Shown here piece by piece: positions 1-9,242 of a stretch of DNA of 40,602 bases. The notes beneath the pieces are model-generated. The model had not been told where the DNA came from, made no database searches, and saw only the letters and a list, made by a program, of their open reading frames with translations. Positions within the stretch are counted from its first letter, which is position 1; every line of letters begins with the position of its first letter. The translations under genes and the position numbers were made by a program. This stretch comes from Candidatus Sumerlaeota bacterium (GTDB lineage: Bacteria; Sumerlaeota; Sumerlaeia; SLMS01; JAHLLQ01), in assembly GCA_036751885.1 (NCBI GenBank), contig DAIOTT010000006.1, forward strand, positions 1-40,602, read 5' to 3'.

Positions 1-1
1 A

Positions 2-172
2 AGCCAATCCAGCGTGGATACACTGCAAGCGGGCAACGTTGTAACCGTTGAACCCGGGATTTACATTCCCGGAGTGGGCGGCGTAAGGATTGAAGATTTA
101 TTGGTTGTAACAGAGGGCGAGCCTTTGGTCTTGTCTCACTCGCCTAAAGCTTTCACTGTTTTGAATCATTAA
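2..172 (+). CDS. 3' end of an M24-family Xaa-Pro aminopeptidase/dipeptidase (5' end outside window)
   Basis: Frame 2 is open from the window edge to TAA at 170-172. It reads ...[36 protein letters not shown]..., which is the C-terminal EPG.Y....G.RIED block of creatinase/prolidase-fold M24B peptidases. It is absent from the ORF track because it has no start codon in the window. Confidence 0.75.
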   Translation, partial: SQSSVDTLQAGNVVTVEPGIYIPGVGGVRIEDLLVVTEGEPLVLSHSPKAFTVLNH

Positions 173-206
173 AGTCTAAAACGTCTTTTTGGGAGAATTG
201 TATACA

Positions 207-596
207 ATGCCGCACTTAGTTTTTGAGGGCCCGATTGAAATTGAAGATATTTTTTTAGGCTTTGCGCCGATTGATTTACGCGAAGGCGATTTGATAGCAA
301 AGGCGCAAGAATGCTACCTAAACAAAGAAAAATCAGTGTTGCTTATCCGAAGCTTGGTTGTTGAGCGGGGATTCTCCATGGGCTTTATGATGAAAATTGC
401 CCGCCATGCGGAAACTAATGATCCAAATAAAATTGAGTTCTCACTAGGGCTGGAACCCGTTGGTTCGCCAGAAAGAACGGACGGCGTTAAGCGTTATTTA
501 GGGTATTGTGCGTGGGTACTCATGCAATCGGATCCGGAAGTAAAACTTCTGCGCGGAAATATTATGGAACAAGTAAAGGGCCCCAAGGGTGCATAA
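207..596 (+). CDS. hypothetical protein (about 129 aa)
   Basis: The ORF track gives 189..596 from a TTG. An ATG at 207 is preceded by GGGAG 11 nt upstream. I recognise no family motif. It fills the gap between two conserved same-strand genes. Confidence 0.5.
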   Translation: MPHLVFEGPIEIEDIFLGFAPIDLREGDLIAKAQECYLNKEKSVLLIRSLVVERGFSMGFMMKIARHAETNDPNKIEFSLGLEPVGSPERTDGVKRYLGYCAWVLMQSDPEVKLLRGNIMEQVKGPKGA

Positions 597-1284
597 CGAA
601 GAAACCATTACAACACCGGCAAGCAGCCACGAAATGGAAGAGTACAGCATAGATCAGGCTGTTCCGGCGAACTCCTATTTGGCGAATTGGCTGCTTGATT
701 TACGCACGGTTGAAAAACCCTTAAACTGGAAAAAGATTTTTGGCAACACCAACAAAGTAGAACTTGAAGTTGGCTGCGGAACAGGGATGTTCATTAGTCA
801 ATATGCTGAGGATCATCCTAAAGTAAACCTCGTTGGGTTGGATAAATGCTCCGGTATTGTTGCCCGAAGCGCCCAAAAAACCCGCCGGTTTGAACTTGAA
901 AACGTCAAGCTTCTGCGGTTTGAAGCCCTTTACTTTGTTGATGAATATGTGGCACCCAAAAGCCTTCAGGCGATTCACTGTTACTATAGCGATCCTTGGC
1001 ACAAGCGCAGCCATTACAAGCGGCGCCTTTGGCAACGCCCCTTTCTTGAGGCCTGCCATAAGGCCTTGGAAGAAGGCGGCATGTTGTACATGAAAACAGA
1101 TGTTACGGACTATTACTCGGCGATCCAAAAGGTTTTTGCGGCTTCTGCGGATTTGTTTGAACAAGTGCTTTCCCAGCGGCTGGATGAAGTTCCCCTTGAA
1201 GGCGACTACGAAAGCAACTTTCAACTGAAGGCAAGAGCCAAAGGGCACCCGTTATATTACGAAGTTTGGCGGAAAAAACATTGA
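589..1284 (+). CDS. trmB: tRNA (guanine-N7)-methyltransferase
   Basis: Carries the SAM-binding block VELEVGCGTGMF and the TrmB signature YYSDPWHKRSHYKRRL. The start is uncertain: GTG at 589 overlaps the upstream stop, and ATG at 634 is an alternative. Confidence 0.85.
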   Translation: MHNEETITTPASSHEMEEYSIDQAVPANSYLANWLLDLRTVEKPLNWKKIFGNTNKVELEVGCGTGMFISQYAEDHPKVNLVGLDKCSGIVARSAQKTRRFELENVKLLRFEALYFVDEYVAPKSLQAIHCYYSDPWHKRSHYKRRLWQRPFLEACHKALEEGGMLYMKTDVTDYYSAIQKVFAASADLFEQVLSQRLDEVPLEGDYESNFQLKARAKGHPLYYEVWRKKH

Positions 1285-1382
1285 TTCCCTTATGGGAAAA
1301 GCCACTAATCGCACTTTCCTTAACGCTTTCTACCACCCTTTTGAATAATAGATCAACTTCCCTCTGAAAGGCCGTTCTACCT

Positions 1383-2531
1383 GTGCAGCTTACCCTTGAA
1401 CAACAAGACCTTACCCAGGCATCCATGATTGTTGCTGGACTTTTGAAAAAGTCGCAAACAACGCTTCCCGTTCTTTCCAACCTGTTGATTGAAGCCGAGG
1501 GTGACACAGCTTACTTCATCGGCACGGACCTGGAATCCTTTGTTCGGGTGCGCGTTCCCGTTGAAATTAGCGGCGGAACCTCAGTCAGAATGACATTACC
1601 CGCCGATAAACTCAGCGAACTGGTTTCCCTGCTCCCCGCCGGGCAAAAAGTAACCCTTTCAGACGAAGGCGGCCAAGTTGCCATTAAAACTGACCAAGCA
1701 ATCTACAACCTTGTAACCCTTCCCCCAGACGATTACCCCCAGTGGACGCCGGAAGAGGGGCTTACAACAATCACGCTTGCCCAAAAAGAATTGCGTCGCT
1801 TGTTGGATGCAATCCTCTACGCGTTGCCCTCCAAAGACCACCGCAGAATCCTGATGGGCGCGCTGTTCGAGATTAATGATCTGGAAATGAGCCTTACAGG
1901 GACGGACGGTAAAAAGCTTTCTCGGATTAAAACTAAACTCCAAAACATTGAAGGCGATTCCATTACGCAGTGCGTTGTTTACGGCAAACTGCTGAATGAC
2001 ATGAAGCGTATTCTTTCAGACGAAGGCCCCGTAAAGCTTGAAATTGGCACGCGCCAAGTTGCCTTTTTGGTAGATAATGTGGAATACCGGACGAATGTAA
2101 TTGAGGGGAAATACCCCGATGTTAACGCCGTAATTCCCAAAGATTTCCCGTTCTCGGTGAAGCTAAATCGCACCCAATTCCTACTGGCAGCACGCCGCGC
2201 TGGGGTTGTTTCCGAAGATAAGAACAAATCAATCATCCTTCGATTCAGCGAAAACAACTGTGAATTTACCTCCATGGCAGCAGATGTGGGCCGGTTCTCT
2301 GGCAACGTTGCCGTGAAGTACGACGGCAACCCCATTGAAATTGCCTTCAACTACCAGTTGATGATTGAAACCTTGAACAGCTTTAGCCATCCGGATATTA
2401 CGCTGAAAATTAAGAGCGAACAATCCCCAACGGTCATGAATTGCGACGCGGAACTGGATCATATTTGCGTTCTTATGCCAATCAAACTGGCAGAACTTCG
2501 GGCGCAAGGAATTGTTAGCTCGGCAGATTAA
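1383..2531 (+). CDS. dnaN: DNA polymerase III beta sliding clamp
   Basis: 382 aa from a GTG start. The N-terminus MQLTLEQQDL..PVLSNLLIEAEGD..GTDLE and the C-terminus ..CVLMPIKL match the beta-clamp pattern and length. Confidence 0.93.
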   Translation: MQLTLEQQDLTQASMIVAGLLKKSQTTLPVLSNLLIEAEGDTAYFIGTDLESFVRVRVPVEISGGTSVRMTLPADKLSELVSLLPAGQKVTLSDEGGQVAIKTDQAIYNLVTLPPDDYPQWTPEEGLTTITLAQKELRRLLDAILYALPSKDHRRILMGALFEINDLEMSLTGTDGKKLSRIKTKLQNIEGDSITQCVVYGKLLNDMKRILSDEGPVKLEIGTRQVAFLVDNVEYRTNVIEGKYPDVNAVIPKDFPFSVKLNRTQFLLAARRAGVVSEDKNKSIILRFSENNCEFTSMAADVGRFSGNVAVKYDGNPIEIAFNYQLMIETLNSFSHPDITLKIKSEQSPTVMNCDAELDHICVLMPIKLAELRAQGIVSSAD

Positions 2532-2619
2532 CATCTAAAACCCAGCACACCAATTGAGTTATTATCCCCAAACCGTTTTTCCGTTGCTGTTTTCCTACTA
2601 AGCCAAAGGCAAATGCCCC

Positions 2620-3645
2620 ATGAAAACGCCTTTGTACCCCATGCTTCACTTATGCGTTCACGAGCGCGGCGGGGGTGCAGAATCTTATTTGCGGTTTTTG
2701 GAGCAAGGTTGCAAACGCTGGAAAACGGCGGATGGCAGGCCCACGGTTTCCGTTGCATCGTTGGAAGGCTTAGGCGCGTTTCCCCTTCGGCCAAGTTCAC
2801 TCCCCCGGTTGCGGCGTTTTTTTACTGCACGGCACGAGCCCATTTTTTTTCTTTACGGCCTACGCGCACAACTGCTGGCGTCAATGCTTGCGCCTCGGGA
2901 TAAAATATTAGTGGGAATGATTCACGGGGAAATTGATTTTGAAGGGCGCAAGGCCAGCATTCGGCGGCTTTACGAGGGAAGAATCCGCACGTGGGTTGCA
3001 AACTCCGAGGCCGTGCTAGACCGTAAAAACGGCTGTGTGATTGAAAATGCGTTGTTTGATGCTTACAGCGTAAACAGTGGTTTGCCGAATGAACGTGAAC
3101 CGCAATTGAGGGAATTTGAAACACCCTTATGCGCGCAGCAAGTTGCATTTGACTTTGGCGTTCTTGCCAGTGGTTCACCGCTCAAGGGGCATGAATTTTT
3201 GATTGAGCTTTGGCGAAAAAATCCCCATTTGGGTAAGCTTTGTTTTGCCGGCAATCTGCCCAATCAACTGGTTGAAAAAGCCTCCCAGGTTGGAATCACA
3301 TGTTTGGGGTTCGTAAAACCTCAGGAATTTTTCAAAAAAATTAGAATGCTCATTCACCCCAGCGTAAGTGAAAGCATGCCGAACGCGATTATTGAATCCC
3401 TTGGTTACGGTGTTCCCGTATTGGCAAATCCGGCCGGGGGAATTCCCAGTATTCTTGGGGAATTGGCCCCGGAAATGGTTCTACCCCGTGCTTTATGGAA
3501 AAATGCCTTGGAACAATTTCCAAATCATGGGATGGAAACAAAAGCTCAAAAATTGGCGCCAATCATACAAAATCGTTTTGATTTGGAGCCCTGTTTTAAT
3601 GCACTACAAAATGTATGTAGAATACAACTGAATCAAAAAAAATAG
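2620..3645 (+). CDS. GT-B fold glycosyltransferase (family 4/group 1-like)
   Basis: The C-terminal half carries the group-1 motif HPSVSESMPNAIIESLGYGVPVLANPAGGIPSIL. Confidence 0.75.
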   Translation: MKTPLYPMLHLCVHERGGGAESYLRFLEQGCKRWKTADGRPTVSVASLEGLGAFPLRPSSLPRLRRFFTARHEPIFFLYGLRAQLLASMLAPRDKILVGMIHGEIDFEGRKASIRRLYEGRIRTWVANSEAVLDRKNGCVIENALFDAYSVNSGLPNEREPQLREFETPLCAQQVAFDFGVLASGSPLKGHEFLIELWRKNPHLGKLCFAGNLPNQLVEKASQVGITCLGFVKPQEFFKKIRMLIHPSVSESMPNAIIESLGYGVPVLANPAGGIPSILGELAPEMVLPRALWKNALEQFPNHGMETKAQKLAPIIQNRFDLEPCFNALQNVCRIQLNQKK

Positions 3646-3656
3646 GAGAAAGACGA

Positions 3657-4334
3657 ATGGCAACGTTTGAAATAATTGAAAAGCAAGGCCTCAAGATGAT
3701 CAAGGCGACGATTGCAAACGAAACAATCCGTGCGGAAGCTGGTGCCATGCACTATATGCGGGGGAACGTAGAACTGGAATCTAAAATGCCCAGCGCCGGC
3801 GGCTTCTTGAAGTCCATGGTTACGCAAGAATCAGTTTTTAAACCCACCTATTCAGGTTCCGGGGAAGTTTATTTTGGCCCACCCATTTTTGGCGAATACA
3901 CAATTTTAGATCTTCACAATGAAGAATGGATTTTAGATAAAGGAGCCTACGTTTGCTCTGATATGGGCGTTGAAATTGGCTCCTTCCGAAATAAAGCCTT
4001 TAGCGGTTTTATGAGCGGCGAAGGCATCTTTCAAACTAAAGCCAGCGGCACCGGCAAATTGATTATCCAATCACCGGGTCAACTGGAGATTATTGACCTT
4101 GTAAACGATCGGTTGGTTGTAGACGGCGATTTCGCAGTTGCACGTCAATCTTGTTTAAACTTCGGCGTTAAACGGGCCGCAAAAAGCCTGCTTGGCTCCA
4201 TGACTTCAGGGGAAGGCTTGGTGAATGTGATTGAAGGAACCGGCAGGGTGTACATTTCACCCGTTGCAAACTTACACGTAAACTTGGCGCAATACATCAG
4301 CCGCGAAATCATCGGCATTATGCCGAGCAAGTAA
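3657..4334 (+). CDS. AIM24 family protein (DUF124/TIGR00266-like)
   Basis: 225 aa with AGGAG 7 nt upstream of the ATG. The pattern ..AEAGAMHYM.GNVE...GEVYFGPP..GEI..L.L....W....GAY......VE.......F.SGEG.F.....G.G.......G......L......VD......A........V matches my recollection of the AIM24 beta-roll family. Confidence 0.75.
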   Translation: MATFEIIEKQGLKMIKATIANETIRAEAGAMHYMRGNVELESKMPSAGGFLKSMVTQESVFKPTYSGSGEVYFGPPIFGEYTILDLHNEEWILDKGAYVCSDMGVEIGSFRNKAFSGFMSGEGIFQTKASGTGKLIIQSPGQLEIIDLVNDRLVVDGDFAVARQSCLNFGVKRAAKSLLGSMTSGEGLVNVIEGTGRVYISPVANLHVNLAQYISREIIGIMPSK

Positions 4335-4361
4335 ATTCAGCCGCGAAGCAAGATTGGCAAT

Positions 4362-5306
4362 TCAACCGGGGCGTTTGAGCTTACTCATGCAGAGGGCCAA
4401 ATGCCCCCAGATTTCTTGAACGTCGGGATGATCTGAGGGGTAGATGTTTTGCAAAACATCCAAGGCAGAATCAAAGCATTCCTTGGCGGTTTCGTAATCT
4501 TGGTGCGATTCGGAGATGAGGCCCAAGGTTCTGTAGGCGCGGGCTGCTTGAACGCCTTTTTTCCCGTTGGGATTTTTGCTTACCTCGATTGCTTTTTGTG
4601 CAGCACGAATGGCTTTTTCTACCTTTTGCCGAGAAAAGTAGAACAACGCCAAATCGTTTAGGCCTTTGGCAATTTCAGGGCGTTTTGAATTTGTAGCGGA
4701 GCGCCAAATTTCAAACTCTAACATGAAGAAGTGTTCCGCCTCTTCAAGCTTGTTGTTCTTCATGCAAGCCAACGCAACGTCGTTATAGATGCGCGCAAGA
4801 TCCGGGTGCCCACTGGGAAAATCCCGCTCGTAAATGCCAAGCGCGCGGCGAATGTGAAACTCCCCTTCTTTTTCTTTTCCTAATTCCAACTCAAGTTTGC
4901 CGAGTTGATGAAAGCACCGGGCTGTATCGATGTGGTTGGAGCCAAAGACTTTTTCGCAAACGTGCTGGGCTTTTTTAAATGTTTCAAAGGCTTTTTGATC
5001 GTTCCCCATGACAAGGAAAAGCTGGGCTTGATCTGTAATGGATTTTGCAACCGAGGCGGAGTATTGGCCGTACAACTCAACCTCAATGCGGATAAGCCGG
5101 TCGATTGAGCGTTCAGCATCGTTATAGCGGGCAAGGCGGATGTAGAGTCGGAAAAGCGAATCCAACACGATAACATGATTATCGTTGGTGTGATTAGATT
5201 TTTCCAGCTCGCCAAACGCTTGAATCCAAAAGGATTCCGCCTGTTTGTACTCCCCTTGGCGGGAAGCTTTAATTGCTGCTTGGTGGAAGTCTTGCCAGCC
5301 TGCCAT
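4362..5306 (-). CDS. tetratricopeptide (TPR_12 / kinesin-light-chain-like) repeat protein
   Basis: Contains repeated roughly 42-residue helical-hairpin units, for example ALGIYERDFPSGHPDLARIYNDVALACMKNNKLEEAEHFF. I place the start at ATG 5306 (MAGWQDF). The track's TTG at 5351 would overlap the upstream gene's stop at 5326. Confidence 0.75.
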   Translation of the reverse strand: MAGWQDFHQAAIKASRQGEYKQAESFWIQAFGELEKSNHTNDNHVIVLDSLFRLYIRLARYNDAERSIDRLIRIEVELYGQYSASVAKSITDQAQLFLVMGNDQKAFETFKKAQHVCEKVFGSNHIDTARCFHQLGKLELELGKEKEGEFHIRRALGIYERDFPSGHPDLARIYNDVALACMKNNKLEEAEHFFMLEFEIWRSATNSKRPEIAKGLNDLALFYFSRQKVEKAIRAAQKAIEVSKNPNGKKGVQAARAYRTLGLISESHQDYETAKECFDSALDVLQNIYPSDHPDVQEIWGHLALCMSKLKRPG

Positions 5307-5325
5307 CTTAATGCATTCAATCCCG

Positions 5326-6831
5326 TTAGTCTTGCTTCTCAGTTTGTGCAATCAACGAGCATACTTTTTCAAAGAGCAATCTTTTATCCCCTTGTGTAGA
5401 CAAAAACAACGTGAATGCTCGGCTGCCTTTAAGGCTTTTTATCAACTCCACAACTTCCGGCAAAGCCGCGTACTGCTGGTGCGATAAACGAAGGGCGTTT
5501 TGATCGCTGCCAGCAGGCGTAGAATTCAGATCTGGGGCAATCTGCGGATCGGCAGCCCACTCCAAAAGCCCGGCGTAGCAGTTGCTGGTTGAGCACACGG
5601 CCTGCAGGCGTTGCTGGCGTTCTGTGGTTTCTGCTGCTGAGTACCGGCCTTGTCGTGTTTCTTGTAGAATAATGTGGGCAATTGCCTCGGCGTTTTTCAT
5701 GGGCAACGGAACCACGAAACCGTTGGGAACAAGCACCTCGCGGGTGGATTCCGAGAGATCCGTTGCTAGGGCACGCATGCCCGCCCAAATCCAGCTGAAC
5801 AAGCGATTCCGGCAGCCGTATACCCCTTCAAGCGTGGGCTGATCCACAATAATCCCTGCATCTGCTTCAAGGCACAGGGAAAGATATTCATCATGCTGCA
5901 ACCAGCCCAGAAAGTGAAATCGATCGCGGAAAGGTGAAGCTTCAACTCTTGCCATGAAGCGGGCAAAAACATCCGTTACATGCCCGTCAATACCGCCGCC
6001 GGTGCTAACATACTGCAACCGGGGTTCTTGTGCTAAGGCCCGCTCCACGGCTTTGAACAGCGTTTCTTCATCCAACCAAGTATTGTAGCCGCCGCTAAAA
6101 AGGAGAAGCAATGCATCCGCTGGTATTCGGGTTCCTTTGCAGGAATATGGGGTGCTTTGGAAGGGCTGGTTGAAGGGATTTGCTGGAGCAAGCACGTGGG
6201 CGAAATTGTGAACGGAGGTTTCAAACCCCAACCGACCAACTGCGCCCAGTTCGCCGAATAAAGCGTGTTGTTGAGCCTGAGAGCAAACACCAAAGCAATC
6301 TGCCCGCAGTAAAATAGGAAGCACCATTTGCCATTGTGAAAGAAGCCCCCCGTTGTTTTTAGCCACAGCGGCTTGCATTTGCCGTTCTGCCATCGGGTGC
6401 CCAAAAAAATCACAGAACAACGGGCCAGCAAAAGCAGAGCGCGCCGCCAAATTGCCCATTACATCAGTTGAGGTCACAATTGCCTGCGGGTTGATTTGTT
6501 GAATCAATTGCTCAAGCTGGGCTTCACGAAGGTGTTCATCAGCGGCGAAAAATGTTTCACTGGCAATCATTCCACCGGGTGTTACTGAGGGGGTTTCAGC
6601 TAGTGCGTTGGGTGAATCTTCAGGGCTTTCTGATTCGTTCAAGGCAGTTGCAGCGAGTTTAACAGGTGCAGTGTTTTGTTCAGCGCCAAAGGCAAGTTCG
6701 CCAAGGTGCACTTCATGACCTTCGCCTGCAAGGGATTCGGCAAAGCTTTGCAGGCGCAACCCCGGTGCATAAACTTTTTTAGCCTTGGCAGAAGGCCTGG
6801 GCCCAACACCAAGAAGAAGAATTCGCGTCAT
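5326..6831 (-). CDS. putative GT-B fold glycosyltransferase-like protein (divergent)
   Basis: 501 aa. The N-terminus RILLLGVGP..GL..........GHEV and the C-terminal block HFLGWLQHDEYLSLCLEADAGIIVDQPTLEGVYGCRNRLFSWIWAGMRAL resemble a degenerate group-1 glycosyltransferase. Its ATG overlaps the mutase stop in TAATG at 6829-6833. Confidence 0.5.
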   Translation of the reverse strand: MTRILLLGVGPRPSAKAKKVYAPGLRLQSFAESLAGEGHEVHLGELAFGAEQNTAPVKLAATALNESESPEDSPNALAETPSVTPGGMIASETFFAADEHLREAQLEQLIQQINPQAIVTSTDVMGNLAARSAFAGPLFCDFFGHPMAERQMQAAVAKNNGGLLSQWQMVLPILLRADCFGVCSQAQQHALFGELGAVGRLGFETSVHNFAHVLAPANPFNQPFQSTPYSCKGTRIPADALLLLFSGGYNTWLDEETLFKAVERALAQEPRLQYVSTGGGIDGHVTDVFARFMARVEASPFRDRFHFLGWLQHDEYLSLCLEADAGIIVDQPTLEGVYGCRNRLFSWIWAGMRALATDLSESTREVLVPNGFVVPLPMKNAEAIAHIILQETRQGRYSAAETTERQQRLQAVCSTSNCYAGLLEWAADPQIAPDLNSTPAGSDQNALRLSHQQYAALPEVVELIKSLKGSRAFTLFLSTQGDKRLLFEKVCSLIAQTEKQD

Positions 6832-8180
6832 TAAAAAATCGCTTGGATTTCTTTGATGAGTTGCTTGGCTTTTTGCTTGTCTGTTGCTTCCACAAAAATA
6901 CGCAAAATGGGTTCAGTGCCGCTGGGGCGAATGTGGAGAAACGAATCTGGGAATAGGAACTTTAACCCATCGGTTTCATCAATATAATCTGCGTGCTTCA
7001 GGGCTTCCTTTGCACGCTTCAGTGTTTCGCTGACGGATAAATTGCCGAGTTCAACTTTTGTTTTTACCATGATAAATTGCGGAACAAGCGTATTCCACTC
7101 GGAGATTTTTTTGCGGGTTGATTGCATCCCCAAAATCAGCAGGGCAAAGGCGGTTGCTGCGTCGCGACCCGGGTGTATGGCAGGTATAATCACCCCGCCG
7201 TTTCCTTCACCGCCAACAATAGAATGGTGTTCCTCCATCATGGCTGTAACGTGGGCTTCACCGATTTTAGACCGGAACAATTCCACCCCGTGCTTTTTGG
7301 CCAAATGATCCATTGCCATGGAGGAGGAAAGGTTTGCAACAAGGGGCGATTTTTTGCCCACGATGTTCAAGTAAGCATCGGCACACAATACAAGCGTGCG
7401 CTCTTCGCCTAAGGGAACGCCGTTTTCATCCACAACAGCAAGGCGGTCCGCATCGGGATCAATCGCAACGCCGAAGTCTGCATTACAGCGTTTAACTTCC
7501 CGGCAAAGCACCTTAATATTTTCAGGCAAAGGTTCTGCTCCGCGGGGAAAGGGCCTTCCCGGATTATTGAAAATTACTTCCGGCGTGCAGCCATACTCCA
7601 TGCCAATCAGCGGAGCAAGAGTGCTGGAGGCAGCGTTGCAGCAATCAACAACAACGCGTAGTTTGCGCCTGCCCTTTGCGGGTTTGGGGGGAAGATGAGC
7701 AACCAATTTTGCCAGATGGATTTTTTCGGCGTCGGCGTTTTTTTCATATTCGCCGACCTGTAAACTTCCCTTGTAGGCCGCAGGTTTCTCCATCAATGCG
7801 TGGAGTTTTTCATGGTGCTTGGGCGTAAGAAAGCCGCCCTCTTCGTGAAAGAATTTTAGCCCGTTCCACTCAATGGGGTTGTGGCTGGCGGTGATGCAAA
7901 TACCGCCGCCGGCGTTGAATTCCCGCACCAGCATGCCGATTGTTGGCGTAGGAGCCAAGCCCACGGAAATCACCTTTACCCCCCGAGAACGAAGCGCCGC
8001 TTCAACACACGGTTGAGCCCACTCGCGAGAGGGCCGGCTGTCACCACCCACAACAACGACTTTTGTTTTAATCAAATCGGCGAACGCGCAAATGTAAGGG
8101 ACAATGATTTCTGCGGTAAAAGATTGACCGACGATTCCACGTAATCCGGCGACTGAAACGATTGGCTGATTTGATTGCAT
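6831..8180 (-). CDS. alpha-D-phosphohexomutase (phosphomannomutase/phosphoglucomutase/GlmM family)
   Basis: All four family loops are present: ITASHNPIEWNGLKF (phosphoserine), AIDPDADRL (Mg2+), GGEGNGG (sugar) and IRPSGTEPILRIFVEA (phosphate). Confidence 0.9.
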   Translation of the reverse strand: MQSNQPIVSVAGLRGIVGQSFTAEIIVPYICAFADLIKTKVVVVGGDSRPSREWAQPCVEAALRSRGVKVISVGLAPTPTIGMLVREFNAGGGICITASHNPIEWNGLKFFHEEGGFLTPKHHEKLHALMEKPAAYKGSLQVGEYEKNADAEKIHLAKLVAHLPPKPAKGRRKLRVVVDCCNAASSTLAPLIGMEYGCTPEVIFNNPGRPFPRGAEPLPENIKVLCREVKRCNADFGVAIDPDADRLAVVDENGVPLGEERTLVLCADAYLNIVGKKSPLVANLSSSMAMDHLAKKHGVELFRSKIGEAHVTAMMEEHHSIVGGEGNGGVIIPAIHPGRDAATAFALLILGMQSTRKKISEWNTLVPQFIMVKTKVELGNLSVSETLKRAKEALKHADYIDETDGLKFLFPDSFLHIRPSGTEPILRIFVEATDKQKAKQLIKEIQAIF

Positions 8181-8291
8181 CAGGAAAGTACCCCTTGGCT
8201 TGATCTACGGTTGCGCGAATCAGAATTTCTATTCCGCGCAAATTGCACACAATTTATAACGACGTGTTTTCAACTGGGGGCAAGGATCGAA

Positions 8292-9176
8292 TTAAGGCAT
8301 TCTTGAATAACTGCCCAGATCCCGAAGCTGGATAAAGTTGGAAGGTTCAGCCTTTGGCGGATTGATCAACGGTGAATCACTTGTGTTGGGGTGCTTGTGA
8401 TTCGGGTGATTGCAACGCACACCACAACCGGCACCGTAGAGAAATGGATCGTAGTAATAAAAATCACGGTTTCGTTCTTCTCGCCGTTGATTCAGAAATC
8501 GATTTTCCTGATTCCCCGTTGCAGAACGAAGACCACCCACTGCGCCGCGGCGGCTGTAATTGCTTTCCCCCTCTAATGCTTCCTGCTCTAGCAAAAGTTC
8601 CAGCTGCTTTTGCTTCAGCTTATCCATCTCAAGCTGTTTTTCCAACTGCGCAAGCTCTTGGCTGCGGGCGTGCTCCTCAGCCAAGCGAACCTGCTGGTAG
8701 TAATCTTTCAGGGCATTCAGTGTGGGCTCTGGTGGGGCCGGGGCAATTTGCTTTTCCAGCTTGGGCCCGTACTGGCTACTTTGCTCTAGGTGTTTGCGCG
8801 CTTGCTCCCAAGCAAGCCATTTGCCTGCATAAGTTTTAGTGGCAATAACGGCTTCATCTTCTGCATCAAGTTTTAATGCTTGGGCTAAAGCATTCAGCTG
8901 GTTCAGATCTTTTTCCGCAGATTGCGCTTCTAAGGATTGCAGGTCGTCCATTGTCAGCGTAAGCGGTTCTACTGAAAGCATATTGGGTGAAGCGGTTTGC
9001 GTTTGAGCAGAGGGCGCTGTGCCGGTTTGCGTTTGCGCAGTTTGCGTTTGAGCGGAAAACTCAACGCTTCTTTCGGCATGGGCGGGCGCAAGTATTCCAC
9101 TCACGGCGGCACACAACAGGATATAATTTAAGCTTGAAAATTGTGGTAGACGAGTAATAGGGGAACGACGTTTCAT
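8292..9176 (-). CDS. secreted hypothetical protein with QTQT repeat, coiled-coil centre and Cys/His-rich tail
   Basis: It has an N-terminal signal-like segment (LNYILLCAAVSGILAPAHA), then AQTQTAQTQTGTAPSAQTQTA. A Glu/Leu/Gln/Lys-rich heptad-like centre follows. The tail reads GCGVRCNHPNHKHPN. Confidence 0.55.
   Translation of the reverse strand: MKRRSPITRLPQFSSLNYILLCAAVSGILAPAHAERSVEFSAQTQTAQTQTGTAPSAQTQTASPNMLSVEPLTLTMDDLQSLEAQSAEKDLNQLNALAQALKLDAEDEAVIATKTYAGKWLAWEQARKHLEQSSQYGPKLEKQIAPAPPEPTLNALKDYYQQVRLAEEHARSQELAQLEKQLEMDKLKQKQLELLLEQEALEGESNYSRRGAVGGLRSATGNQENRFLNQRREERNRDFYYYDPFLYGAGCGVRCNHPNHKHPNTSDSPLINPPKAEPSNFIQLRDLGSYSRMP
8993..9053. repeat. three copies of GTTTGCGTTTG (encode the QTQT repeat on the minus strand)
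   Basis: Copies read directly at 8995-9005, 9025-9035 and 9040-9050. Confidence 0.7.
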
Positions 9177-9242
9177 TGCACACCTCGTTTGCTTTCCCTG
9201 TTATAAATGCATTAAGAGGACTTTCCATACAAGCAGAAATCC

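Noticed and set aside
721-1248. 175-aa antisense ORF inside trmB. Similar long shadow ORFs lie opposite conserved genes:
- 9412..9891
- 16157..16645
- 21333..21896
- 24402..24863
- 34505..34984
- 39045..39491
   Set aside because: Each lies wholly opposite a gene with clear family motifs. Each has Arg/Pro/Gly-skewed or otherwise atypical composition and lacks a convincing SD. They are typical antisense shadow ORFs.
8211-8241. Imperfect inverted repeat TTGCGCGAAT...ATTCCGCGCAA between the coiled-coil gene and the mutase gene, considered as a terminator.
   Set aside because: The stem is bulged and no T-tract follows on the minus (coding) strand. It may be a protein-binding site or a weak RNA structure, but I cannot support a call.
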